Assembly (NCBI GenBank): GCA_038496445.1
Contig: JALMLS010000423.1
Span: forward strand, 62,001-126,000
Direction of reading: 5' to 3'
DNA from: Trichosphaerium sp. ATCC 40318
Taxonomy: Eukaryota > Protista > Tubulinea
DNA length: 64,000 bases
Below the pieces are notes generated by a model. It saw only the letters and a list, made by a program, of their open reading frames with translations. It was not told the origin of the DNA and made no database searches. This document shows, piece after piece, positions 25,657 to 40,932 of this stretch. Both the position numbers and the translations under genes were made by a program. The stretch's first letter is position 1; each line of letters opens with the position of its first letter.

Positions 25657-26764
25657 TTAATTGTCAGCTGCATGTGGTGATTTAGCAGCTTTTGTCCAAT
25701 TCTTGTACACTCCACATAATCCACTAACCAATCCAGCGATGAGCAAGTTTCGACGTGGATACACACCGCTCATAAAAACTAAACAAAAGTCAATTAGTTT
25801 TCTCGTTCAAAAAAAAACAAACTTGTTTGTTTAGTAATTCTTGTGTTACCTGATGATGCTGCAACTAAGTCACATAGTGATTTTATAGTCATAACATATA
25901 TCAAACGTCTATCCATTTTTAATCGATCAAGTTGCTTAACATCGAGACTTCTCGTTGCTTGAATCAACAATGAATTTTTTTTTAGTTTCCCGTAGGCACT
26001 CATAAGATAAAACAATAAGCCTGCTGTCCAAAAATAACTGCTGAATAGTCTAGCATGTTTACTTTGCCATTGTAATATACTATACACCCAACACAAAGAG
26101 TCGTAGTAGTCAGCCATAAAACTGCAAAAATAAATCTAACTCGAATGTAAAAATCAAAGAAAACGTCAATAACACGTGACATCATCGGTTATGTATAACC
26201 AATGATAAAACATGTTGTGTTTGTTATGCGTACTGCTAAATCAAGCGTTTTCTGCCAAGATAAACGTCCTGACTTCGAAAACAAAGCAATTAACCTTTCG
26301 GCATGTTCCGAAGATAATGCAAGCCTAGAAACTATGTAAACAATTACGCTATGCGTAGTATTGTGCCTGAATATCATCCTCGCGCTTGAAAATTGTTTTG
26401 CAGCCTTAAGCGAGTGTCAAACTGTTAATTCGCCCGTTTTATAACGTACACTCCTCATTGCGATAAAGATAATGTGGTTTCGTGACTTTGGGAACATCCA
26501 GCTAACGTGTACAGTAAGTGGCGCTTTCTTTCTCATATAATGTACCTCGCTTCATGTATTATGAGGTTAAAGGCTCCTTGTATTACCTTTTTACAGTTGT
26601 CACTTTTTCTGATCAAAACTACTGTACACGAGTACCTTGTAAAGTTTATCGCGTCCTGAACGCGTTGTCATCATTCTATTAAATCGTGTGAGGTACTGGA
26701 AGAAACGACCTTGGAACTCGACTACAACGCGTCGTGCTATCGCACTACACTTATTAACGTCCAT
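25657..26764 (-). CDS. PEX11: Peroxisomal biogenesis factor 11 family protein
   Basis: MMTTRSGRDKLYKV..IQG; AKQFSSARMIFR; ADYYDSLCW; FWTAGL; IKSLCDL; IAGLVSGLCGVYKNW. Multi-exon. Confidence 0.8.
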
Positions 26765-28055
26765 CTGGTAAACGCAAAAAACCCAAGGCTGTACAAAAAA
26801 AGTTGACACAGAACATTAAGGCGTGCAGCGTTAAGTCAAATCGAGTGACATTTGTCAAGCCATAGAAGAAAAAGGAAGCAAACTACCGACATGTTGTATT
26901 CAATACCTGGTACACTTGCTGCTAATCGAGCAAAAAAACAAGAATTGTAAACAAGACACTAGGACTTTTTGATTTATGCAAACAGTTCATGTCACGTGCG
27001 TGTAACGCTACTTATACTGAGTCTTTGATGAAGTGAAAGGAAAAACAGTTGTCTACTCTCTTGTCAGTGCACTTACATCCTCTTTAGTTTGTCAGTACTC
27101 TTGATTTGCTTGTTGCACGAACAGACGCCAAGGGCGTGTACAACTGGCGTTGTCATTGCGATCGACATAACCCATGCTTTCTAAAACAGGCATTACGTAC
27201 GTCTCAGAACGACAAGCGCAGTACAAAGGTATTTATAGCATGGTGGAATGAGGATCATTTTTGCGACGTTACCCGTTTCTCTTTCACTTCTAATTGTAGG
27301 CTGCAGCAAGCGCAAATACTTCAAACTATAATGTAAGTACTTAGTGCATCATTATAACCTTATTTAAAACGACACGTCGCAAATTACTTTGCAGGATCAT
27401 AATCACCGTTAAGCATTAGCGTTCTATGCAGTTAGTTCAATGTGTCACTCCGCGTTGAGCTCCTGTTTGCAGTTTGGACCTTATACCCTCATCTTGGATC
27501 GATCTTAGGAAGGCGTGATTATATCTCTCTTGGCAGATATTCAAAAACTCTGAATTGAAACGAAGAAAAGAAACTTTCGATGGCTTCACGATGACCGATA
27601 TTGTGTTTGAGATGTGTTATCCATTTTTTGATTCAACCTTTGCCTTCCGGGCGCAATTCATGTGCGCAATCACGTGTGAAGGGCATAGGAGATATTTAAT
27701 GGCGTAAACAAATTATATTATAACACAACCCTTCAAGTAAGGTTCTATACTATACGTGACGCTAAATCTAAGCGAAAGAAAATAGTATAGGTGAAAGCTA
27801 AAGAATAACAAAAAATAAAACAACAATTACACTCATTCTCACAAAAAAACTATTCAACCACGTTTAAATCTCCCTCTGTGGTATCAACTAAGGGCCAAAT
27901 GTGGGCGCCTTTAACAGAGGTATACACCATAGCATACCATAGCGCTGTAGAGGTTAAATGTGAGATAAAATCTGGTCTCCAAAACGTGTGCATCGGGTTT
28001 ACTTAAGTCAATTTAAGTTGTGAGTTATTCTCAAAAGTGAGATTTAGCTACAACC

Positions 28056-31000
28056 ATGAAAGCGTCGGCGCTCATCGTTTTATTTTTGTTTGCGCTATCT
28101 ACAAGTGCCGAACTGATCGATGCCTTTAATGCAGATGAAGAAGTCAACGCCAATGCTCTGACAATCAGAGTAACCGCGATTTCTGTACAAGACCCACCTG
28201 CTGATTTTATTGGAGGTACTAAAACGAAAACAAAAAGAAAGAAACAATCACTCCACAACCCAAAAAACTTAAAACTTTAAACTTTTCACCCTTACCCACA
28301 CTTTACTACCCTTCAGAAAAAAAACAAGTTATCATGTGACAAAGTTGACGACTTATTAAAATTATTTTTGGTTCTTCTCTTACTACTGATTTATCTTACC
28401 CTCTTTTTTCACTTCGGTTTTGGGGTTTTTACCCTTTTTTCCTTCCTCTTTTTTTTGTTGTAAAAGATACAAGATTAACGAGATTAGGTGTACGTGAATT
28501 AACAGCGCGCGTTAGAACGATGGACGGTGCTGATCAAAATCCAACCGAGTTGGTAGAATGCGCAGTATCTGGTGGCAGGTTTTTTGCTAGTTCTGATCCT
28601 ACGGCTGCAAACACACCTACTCAAAGTGGATGTTTAATCGGATACAGCGGTCTTCCGTTTAATGATTTTTTCAGAAATCCTTTCCCTACTGCAATTAATT
28701 TCGTAGGAGACTCTGGCTGTGGTACGTCATCAAATCGTGTTTATAAGCGTGTTTAAGCGCTCATTAGCGTAGTTGCGCTCCCTTTTGTTTATTTTTTTTG
28801 AAAAAGCGACTTTTCTTTTTCTGATCTCGTTTTATTGATGTTCTGTTATCTAGACGCATGGCTCCTTAATATTTTCTCTGCTACTCCAGCAGGTATTAAT
28901 GTCGACGTTGTTTACAACGCAGGATTGTTCCGAGATGAAATCGATCTCCCTAGAATCGATCCTGACCCTATGTTGGGTGCTAACTCCGCTTTTGACGTTG
29001 TCATTCCTTTCGGTGGTATTGGTCCAGGAGCTGTTACTAATTTGGGTATTGAATTGAACACTTTTGGCGGACAAAACATGGTCCTCAACCACTTCTGCTG
29101 TTCCTCAATTGTATTGTGCGAACATGAAATTGAGTTCCCTGATGATCCTGTTGTTGGTACGTAGTATTACGGTAATTCCTCCTTTTTCTTCTCTTTCAGA
29201 AAAAGCCGTAAAATTAATCCTTTTTTTTTCAAAAAGGCAACAGCGGTACTGCTTCTATTACTTGTACCAACACTGGAACTGTATCTCAAACATTTTCATG
29301 GGAGATCTTCTTGGATCAAACAATATTTGGCTTGGTTTCCGGAAATTGTTCTGATGCTAACGTACGTTTCTTTCTTTCTCAATAATTTTTTTTTGTAAAA
29401 TTGCTTTGTTGAACTCTAACAGTTTACTTTTTTTTACAGTTCGATGTAACATCCACCGCCAATTCATACAGATCATCTGTTGGTGCTTTGGACCCAGATG
29501 CAGCTGTTACTTGTAATTTGGATCTTGAATTAATCGGTACACAAATAACTTAGTTTTTTTTTTCCAAGTACTTTTTTTTAACGCAACCGGTAGGCACTGG
29601 TTTTGTGCCTGAGCAACAATTTACCATCACCAACGCTGGAAGTGGCTTCACTTACCCTTCCACTGACGAAGAAGACACGTGCGTGCTATTAAAAAAAACC
29701 CACAGAAGAAAAAATCTCGTGGAGATTTCGTGATTTTTTTTTTGCGTTTTTGTTTATTGTCAAAACACTGTTTTACTTTCAAAAAATAAAGATGTAATGC
29801 CTTTATAGGAGAAACACAATAGAACGTTGCAACAATCCAGAAGCTTCTGATGAATTTACTGTAGAAGCTGCCCCTACTACACTCCCTCCAACGACAGCAG
29901 CACCTACGACTGAGCCTCCTACTCTACCACCAAGTACTGCCCCTCCAACCACTGGTGCTCCAACTACAGAGGCTCCAACTGACCCTCCAACGACACAAGC
30001 TCCAGTAGACATTCCAACTAGTGCCCCTCCTACTACTGGTGCTCCAACAACAGATGCTCCTACTCTAGCACCTACAGTAACTCCAACTGCATCCCCAACT
30101 GTACCTCCTGATAATCTTTGTACTGCACAAAAAGCCAACTTCTTTGATCCTTGCGCTGTATGTGCTTGTGACAGATGTAACTTCCAAAGAAGTGGATGTA
30201 CCATCATTAATGGTGACTCAAGTACGATCCAATTCTTTTGTTTTTTAAAGGTTTTAACGCATGTATTCTAACTATTTAACACTCAGTGATTGACCCTACG
30301 ATTGGTAACAATTGTTTGACAATCACAAGCGGTTTCACTTATCAAGGTGATCTCCTTGGAACTCCAGGAGATGATTGTATTTTCATTGAGGGACAAGTTA
30401 CCTTAAATGGTCAAATCAGCTTGCTTGAGGGTAATGATTGTTTAATGATTGGTCCATTGAGTGTGGTTACTGGTGAAGTTGACTTTGGTACGCCTTAAAC
30501 TATACAGCTGAATACCTCTAATACTTGAAAGGTAACGGCAGAGATTGCATGGCAGCCGAAGGCGCTGAATTCCGTGAGGGTGTTTTTGGTGGTCTTGACG
30601 GAGATAAGGTACCTACTATTTGTTACTTTGATAAGTTCTCTTATTGACATTTTTTTTTAAAATAGCTCACTGCTATTGATTCTTTCGGTACTCTTATCGA
30701 CGGTGAATCCGGAGGTGATTGCGTTGAAGTACTCGGAACAGGAACAGCTAAGAAACGTGGCGAAAAGAGACAAATTGGCGCATTTTCCGAGTTCAGCGAA
30801 GGAGTTAGTGGCGGTCCTGGTATTGATTGCCTCCGTGTTGAGAACTCCGTTGTTGGATCAGCTGTTAGTCCAGCTGGTGCCATTTCAGGTAAGAGAAAGA
30901 ACGTAAAAATAATTTGTTTTACTTTTTCTTTTTGTCACGTGCTTTTTTCCCTTTCTCTTTTACTTTCTTGACTTCACGACCTTTACTAACTCTTGTTGTT

Positions 31001-31301
31001 TTTAAGGTGGTACTGAAAACGATTGTATTGTCGCATTCAACTCTAGATTTAACAGTGTAAACGGTGATGAAGGAGCTGATCTTATCCAAGTAGCAAACTT
31101 TGAACCATTTGGTGATGCTACAGCGGCTGCTGTTTTTGGTGGTTTGGGACCTGATTGTATGGTTGTTTCAGGACACATTAGCAGTTCTGGTTTTGTTGGT
31201 TTGATCGATGCTGGTGATGTTAATGAAATCAATACCTGTGACACCGATAATACCATTAACCCTGCTGGTTGCACAAGCAACTTCCCAGGTGCTTGCCCTA
31301 G
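28056..31301 (+). CDS. Secreted multi-domain Cys-rich protein with a Thr/Pro stalk and C-terminal RTX/hemolysin-type Gly-Asp repeats
   Basis: Signal peptide MKASALIVLFLFALSTSA. PTT-rich exon near 29860-30110. Repeats GTPGDDCI, LEGNDCL, GNGRDCM, GESGGDCV, GGPGIDCL, GGTENDCI, GDEGADLI, GGLGPDCM. Stop TAG at 31299-31301. Confidence 0.75.
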
Positions 31302-31615
31302 ATAAAGTGTGATTATCTTTAAAAAACTCTATAACCTTAATTTACTACTATCATCACACTTTTTACTTTGATAACGAATGCTTCTTTGTAATAAGGACTG
31401 CCCATAAATAAAGTAGCTACAATCTTTTTCAGTACTAGTTCGTTTGTTTATTGTTTACGTCGGTTTGACTATCACGGCGCAAGTAAGGTTACGCCAGACC
31501 ACCGTAAAGGCTTCGAGAGGCACGCACAATCCTAATAGGAAAAACGTTAAGCCAGATTTGGCTTTCTCGTTTCAGTAAATACTTTGAACTGTATTGTTTG
31601 AACTTGTAAAGTACA

Positions 31616-34272
<2,657 letters not shown>

Positions 34273-34872
34273 AAACTCAAGAAATAAAAAGGAAATCGAT
34301 TAATTGATAATAAATAACGTTATAAGGTTCAAGAGCCTCATGTAGGAAGATAAGGGTTTGGCTACGTTAAAACTAAAAGTGCCCTTTGAACGTTAAGGTT
34401 TGATTCTATCATTTGTTTTCGTAGCATTGCATAGTACCTTCATTGTTAAGAGTACGGTACTACAAACCTCCAAATCCTCATGCTCAGCTAACAAGTTTGC
34501 CGGTATGTTGTAAGCTGTGTTTGTAAAACAGCCCCGAGTTAGAAACAACATGTATGTTTTCTTTTCTGCTCTCAAAGTGCATTTGTATGAAAGTACGAAC
34601 ACCTTGTCTATAGTATTGTCTAATAAAGTCAACGCAGAAATTCCACGCATTTTGTTATAGCCTAGATAGCCAGCACTTTAAGGAGAATTCAAAGTGAAAA
34701 CGAGCAGGAACCAGAACTACTCCAACAGGAACAAATTATTCGTAGTTCCTTCAAAGAACCTCAGTTGAGTTCCTTACCCAGGAAGTAAGTTCCTATTTTC
34801 AGTTAATACAACATACGCTAGTTTCAACATAAATCTACAAGCATAACACCTCATCTATAGTATCTAATCCCA

Positions 34873-36423
34873 ATGGCAGAAAACGCAAACATACAAGAAC
34901 AACAGATAAATCTACTTCGCGCATTTTATGAGAGGCAAGGGCAAAGATTGAACGAAACTGTTACTATTGCGATTGCTGGTGCTGTAGGCTCCGGTAAATC
35001 AACTTTAAACAACTCAATACGTGGTGTACAGTACGACTACCGCAATCCTGACAATGGAGCCAGCCCAGTTAATTCAGAGGAAGAAACTAAAGAAGTGATA
35101 AAGTATTATCATCCTGTACATACAAACATTTGTCTGGTTGATTTACCTGGATATGATGGTACTTTTATAAGGCGAGAAAACTATGCAGAGCGAGTTGGTA
35201 TGGCTGATTTTGATCTCATTATATTGGTTACGGATGGTATATTCACACAAGGCGATGAGTTCATTCTCGATGAAGCTCAGAGGTTGAATAAACAAGTTCT
35301 TTTTGTTAGAAATAAGATAGATGCTGCTATTCAGCAAGATAGGGTATGTCGTTATGTTACTTAATACTACCAACCTGTTAAACTAACTTCATAATGTAGC
35401 GTGATAGACCAGGCAGAACTCCTGAAGAGCTCAGAGAAAGCTATCTTCAATCATTCTTGAGACGGTTTCCAAACTGTGTATGTCCTATTTTGAGTAACAT
35501 ACTATCTTACTTCGTACTCTATAGCCATATGCAGTTCCTGAGAGGTTCCTTGTACTCTCAGCTTGGCTTGAAAATAGCACAAAATACGATTTTCCAAGGT
35601 TGGAACTAGCTCTCATTAATTACGCACCAGCTGTACGAACAAAAACTAGTAACACAGTTTTAATAGAAAGATGTTTAGGCAAAGCGAGAAGCGATTTTAA
35701 ACGCAATACAAGGTTGCTCTCCGGAAGCTATTAACTTAAAAGCTAAACTATGTTATGACAGGCTACCAATATACGTGCTAATGTCTGGTTTGACTAGCGC
35801 AGGTTCTTCTGCTATACCTTTGACATCCTTTTTGACTATACCAGCTGGTGCAGCTGCAGAGTATTATGTTGAATCCGCAATGATTAAAGAATGCAATTCA
35901 ATCTTCGGTCTTACAGAAGATAATATGGTATTTTTAGACTTTATCAAATGGGCAAAGAGGTCTTCTAGCAATATATCAAGTCAGGTGCACATCATTCCAC
36001 TTTTTTTTCCGTTTTCTTCTTTTTTCTTCACATCTCCATCCACGTGTTACTCCATTGTGTTGTTAACTTTTTCTGTAGTTACTTAAAACTTTTATTGAAC
36101 AGTCAGCACAACAGACAGGTATCAAGACAGTACAATATGTAGCACAAGAATTAGTTACAAAGGGATCACGGCGATATAAGTTATTCGGACCACGAAAGCA
36201 TATTACTAAAATTGTCTATAAGGCTGTTGAACAACAAGCGGCTGACACTGCATTCCAGAGTATGTCTAAAATGGTGCTATCATTTCTACCCATCATTGGA
36301 CCTGTATTATCTGGATCAATGAGCGCCTCAATCACATACTTTGCGGGAAGCACATACATCGCGCAATGTATTGAGCTTTGTAAAGAGATGAGAAGATTGA
36401 GAATGCAACGAGAACATATGTAG
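34873..36423 (+). CDS. Immunity-related (IRG/IIGP-like) GTPase with hydrophobic C-terminal helices
   Basis: G1 IAIAGAVGSGKSTLNNSIRG, Y.HP...NICLVDLPG (G3), FDLIILV, FVRNKID (G4), FLVLSAW..YDFPRLELAL. C-terminal FLPIIGPVLSGSMSASITY. Stop TAG at 36421-36423. Confidence 0.8.
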
Positions 36424-36787
36424 AAAAGTTGCTAAATAAACTTTGTTTTGTATTGTTATTTTCAGGTTCTGTGCCTTTAGTAGCAGGTTGCAACAGAAGA
36501 TGGCTTATCACTGGACAACAAATCTGTTAATAACGGACGACTATTTAAGCGAGTGTTCGTTGCTGTTTACAAAGCAGAATAGGAACGCATTGAGCGCTAC
36601 AAAAGATACTGATTTATTTTTGTGTGCCTCAGCTAAGTTGACCAGCTCATTCAGAATTATCTAACGCGTCAATACAGAACACGTGATTTGACGTGACATT
36701 AAGTTGTTTTGGGTATTCGTAAGCCCAAGTTATAGATGCGTACACTGCTAAGCGATACATGTCAAAGCTGGTCAGTGACAAACCAAA

Positions 36788-37546
36788 ATGTGTAGAATAC
36801 TAGCGCTTGCCGTTCTCTTTGTTGTGATAAGTTCAGCTTATGCTTTAAAGGAACTACCAAGGATACCTAAACCTATTAAAGCGGACCAAAACTATTGTCA
36901 AAGCTGTGAGTCGATAGTTACATACGTAAAGAAGTATGGTACGTAGTCGCAAACGAGAATAAGACCTTGAGAATTCGTATTCTTGTGTATTCTTCTTAAA
37001 CCTTTTCTTTTTAGGATGTAGCGCTGCTTGTGGCCTTCTTCCGCCTCCCGCTTCGGCAATATGCGCTTCTTTACTGAGTTTGGGTCTATGTGACGATATT
37101 TTACATCTCATCGCTGGTACGTACTTCTACCACGTGATATTCATCATCTAACTTAATATTTTAAAGCTGGGTTAACCCCAGAGCATGTTTGTGATGAAAT
37201 AGGTAACCAAGACGAAAAAATTCACAACGCATACGGTTTGTGTACCTGACACGCTTTAATCTAGGATTATGTGGAAATAGCACATCTGTGTGTAAGTGTG
37301 GTGTTTGTACATCTTACGTCTTTGATAAACGATGCTTGTCTTTGCCAAATCATTGTCCTTCTAGTTCTGAAGATGTACCAGTCTTCAACTTTCCAAAGAC
37401 AAAGCAAACAGCAGGTATTGTGATGTTTTAACAAATGAACGCACACATATTAATGTTTTGTTAAAGAAAAACCAGGTTTGGGTGGTATTTGCATTGATGG
37501 AGAATGTGATCAAGGATCACTAGGATGTTGTCTCACATGCTTTTAG
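36788..37546 (+). CDS. Secreted saposin-like (amoebapore/SAPLIP-type) protein with a Cys-rich C-terminal extension, 5 exons
   Basis: Spliced: MCRILALAVLFVVISSAYA-LKELPRIPKPIKADQNYCQSCESIVTYVKKYGCSAACGLLPPPASAICASLLSLGLCDDILHLIAAGLTPEHVCDEIGLC-GNSTSVCKCGVC..RCLSLPNHC..GICIDGECDQGSLGCCLTCF. Saposin pattern CxxC...C..LP....C...P..VC..IGLC. Confidence 0.8.
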
Positions 37547-38010
37547 AATAAACAATATTTTACCAATCGTGTTTACGTTTTTATTACAACTTATCGGGAA
37601 TGGGTAAATCTTCCAGGAAGTCTCAATTTCAGAAATCTAGAGGAAATCTGGAAGCATAATGCAAGTGTTTTTTCTCACCACATCAAGTATTATTATACCA
37701 CGTGATATTCCCCTTGGGTACGGGGTGCTGTGGTCCACGTCCGGCGACTGAGGACTCAAGCATTACCAAATCATGGACTTTGATGGAGAAACCAATGCGT
37801 AGAGTTCTACCAATTTTCTTCGAATTCGACAAAGAACCGCAGCGTTACCTGTTTGTTGAATACCCAACACAGGTTCCTTATCCTTTGTATTTTTCCTTTT
37901 AATTATTTTTTGGTTAAACGTGCAACACATGTCATGTCAAAACATAATTATAAACTAAGCCACAACCCTTTTGTTTGAGAAAAGGAATGTTGTTTATTTG
38001 CTTTTTTGGC

Positions 38011-39085
38011 TCAGAAATGGTATGATGTATCTTCAAAAGAGTCAAAACTACTCTTACTATCTGCATCACCATTTTTTGTTGTTGGTGACAATGCAATAGG
38101 CTTGAAATCAAAACTATGACATGGAACTGTGCCATTCTTGAACACATGTTTCAATGAGTGCTCCTTGTTCAGCTTCGAAGTACCAGAAAGTACACCATCC
38201 TCGAAATACTCTTCTGAATGAAGTTGTCCTGAACCTAACCATTTTCTTGAGTAACCGTTCTTTTTGCCGCGTTTGTAGTGACACTCTTCCATTTGTTGAC
38301 CGTTTCTAAACCACCTCTTATGACATTCAATGTCATTAATATCATATGTATTATGTCTTGCAAGTGTTCCATTTGAATACCATACCTTACAGTCTTGAAT
38401 AATATCACATTTGTATGTCAATTCAGTCACCAATACGCCTTTTAACCATTCTGTTTGCAATCCTTCTTTTAGACCATTGACGTAAATGGTTTCTGATGAA
38501 AGAGATCCATCATCGCAGTAGCGAACAGTTTTTCCGTGTATTAACCCATTTTTGTAGTAAGACACCTTACGTAGTTTGTTATCTTCAATATGACCATACC
38601 ACTCTACAACCTTGCCATCTAACTTTCCTTCCTTATATTGGCTAGTTTGTGAGGAGAAAACACTATTAGAAAGACCCCTGAAGTGTATCTCAAGCTGTTC
38701 TCCATGTTTAAGGCCATTCTTGTAGTGAGCTTTTAACACCAATAAGTTTTCAGCATCAGAATTCCAAACAATGTATTGTCTCAGCTCTCCTTCCAAAATG
38801 CCATTCGAATAAAACGCTGTTGTACGAATACAGCGAACAGTGCCGGAATAACCGAAATCTGAAAACGTGAATAAGCCATGTTTTTCCAAGTTGCTATTAA
38901 ATCGAGAAGTCACTGCCGTTTGAAAGCATAACAACGGCCATTTCTGTTCAACGTCTTTGTCTAGGTTGTAGATAGCGTAGTGTAACTCGATTGGTAGATC
39001 AAGTAAAGCCAACGAACTACAAAACAACTTAAAACACGTTTTTACGCATGAAATCAAACCTTTTTGACTCTTTCCCAGCCGACAT
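38011..39085 (-). CDS. F-box-like + MORN2 repeat protein, copy 2 (intact), single 5' intron at 39017-39059
   Basis: ATG 39085 MSAGKESK, intron GTTTGA...TGTAG restores the frame to SSLALLDLPIELHYAI. The reading frame is open to TGA at 38011. Confidence 0.85.
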
Positions 39086-39987
39086 GTCCTTCTTGGAAAT
39101 AGTAACTTGATTATCACGATGTGTCTACAGCGGTGTTTTCCAAAACCAGGTGTTTACCAACTATCAACTGTTGCGTAGAGGGCAGTTTTTATAAACAAAA
39201 ATAGATAGCTTAACCACTTTAAGACATGTACAAAATGTGATTATTTTCTTCGAAATAGTACTTCTCGAACATTGTAAAATAGCTTAACCGTTTTTAAGCT
39301 ATGAGCAAACTGACGTACGATTTGACGTGAAATAATGCCTTTACAACTCTGCAAGCTTGCTGATAGTGTACCCTTATGGAGTACTTTACATAAGCATAGG
39401 AACAGAAGGTCACGTGCATGCTACTAATAGGAGTGGCATTAAAATGTAGGCTTAACGTTGTTACGGTGTCGACTCTCTTAAACGTTTCCGCTAGTGTACT
39501 GCCTTTGCGTGCGTAGGAGACAAGTACGACTACTTGTACTCGTTTTAGGAGCGTTGTTTCCAATGTAAAACATGTGAGGTACACTCAATCCAAGCCACAA
39601 CTTCTACAAAGAGCCTTTGGTCGTTCTAGTGTTTGTCATAACGACATTTGCTGGTGTTCTTGAAGAGTACTCACAATAAATACCAACTGTGTGAGAATGA
39701 AATTTATTATTACAGTTAGTTGCACGCTTGAAAGTTTTGATTGCAGCATTTCAAAGTATGGAAAAATTTCCACTTTTCACATGCAAATCACGTGATTGTC
39801 AAGACTGCGCAAATGTAGTAAATTCACAGCCGGGTATTTGTTGCACTATTACAAATACAGTATTTGAACCCAAAGCATTATCATATACCTAAACAGATAC
39901 TAACCAGGTGGTGTATAAGTGGGTTTTATTTAATCTTAATTCAACAACGCTGTTGTTTAATTGGTTACAAGTTAACCGTGTAACACC

Positions 39988-40932
39988 TCATTTTGTGTAC
40001 CTAACAAGATGAAAACTATCTAGTGATTTAATAGCATCTGTAACTTGTTTGCAATGGTGCACAGTAATGGTATGAACTCCAGATAACGCTTTGATACCAT
40101 CATCTGTAACATTAGGACAAACCCATAAGTAAATGGTATGAACTCCAGATAGTGCTTCAATACCAACATCTGTAACACCTTGACAATTAAAAAATCTTAT
40201 TGTATTAACACTGGCTAATGTCTTGATGCCATCATCAGTGACATGTTCACAACTGAGCATGTCAATTTGATGAACACCAGATAAAGTTTTGATACCATCA
40301 TCTGTTACATTACGGTTATGCAGTGAAATTGTGTGAACACTAGCGAGCGCTTTGATACCATCATCTGTAACGTTATCACAATCTGTTATTGAAATGGTAT
40401 GAACACCAGATAACGCTTTAATACAATCATCTGTAACACCTGGACAATTGTTTAAGTCGATTGTATGAACGCCAACTAACGCTTTGATACCATCATCCGT
40501 AATGTTATTACAATCCTTTATTGTAATTTCATGAACACCAGCAAGCGCCTTGATGCCATCATCTGTAATTTGTTGACACTCGCTTATATAGATTGTGTGG
40601 ACACCAGCCAAAGCTTTAACACCCTTGTCTGTCACTGTTGCCTTCCATAATGTGATCTTGTGTATTCCAGCAAGTTGTACGAGGTGATCATCAGTAACAT
40701 TCTCACAACTACGAAAGTCAATGCTGTTAACAATGTTGAGCGTTGTAAAATCGACATCAAGCGAGTCATTACTCTTTAGTGTAAGATCTTTTACTCCTTG
40801 TAGGTACTTGAAGTGTTTTTGCTTGATAGAGAATAGAAGAATAACGTTATTCGTCTTTATGAGGTGTGGTTGCTTTTTGAAAAGCTCTTTAAGCTTTTTA
40901 GCCGTTTTAACGATTGATTTCCCTTTGTACAT
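39988..40932 (-). CDS. Intronless LRR protein (VTDDGIKALxGVHTI repeats), paralogue of 41998-42762 lacking the F-box
   Basis: About 10 repeats of 24-25 aa. The cap KTAKKLKELFKKQPHLI..FRSCENVTDDHLVQLAGIHKI is nearly identical to the neighbouring gene. First ATG gives MYKGK. Confidence 0.75.
   Translation of the reverse strand: MYKGKSIVKTAKKLKELFKKQPHLIKTNNVILLFSIKQKHFKYLQGVKDLTLKSNDSLDVDFTTLNIVNSIDFRSCENVTDDHLVQLAGIHKITLWKATVTDKGVKALAGVHTIYISECQQITDDGIKALAGVHEITIKDCNNITDDGIKALVGVHTIDLNNCPGVTDDCIKALSGVHTISITDCDNVTDDGIKALASVHTISLHNRNVTDDGIKTLSGVHQIDMLSCEHVTDDGIKTLASVNTIRFFNCQGVTDVGIEALSGVHTIYLWVCPNVTDDGIKALSGVHTITVHHCKQVTDAIKSLDSFHLVRYTK

Noticed and set aside
26800-28000. Possible small gene between PEX11 and the RTX-like gene (also 10000-10900, 41000-41900, 52100-53400)
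   Set aside because: Some splice-like signals, but no recognisable protein motif or coherent model.
29803-30207. Val/Gly-rich minus ORF resembling a membrane protein
   Set aside because: Antisense of the PTT stalk exon.
34691-34700. ISRE/IRF-like AAAGTGAAA upstream of the IRG gene
   Set aside because: A single short A-rich match is expected by chance, and IRF factors are not known outside animals.
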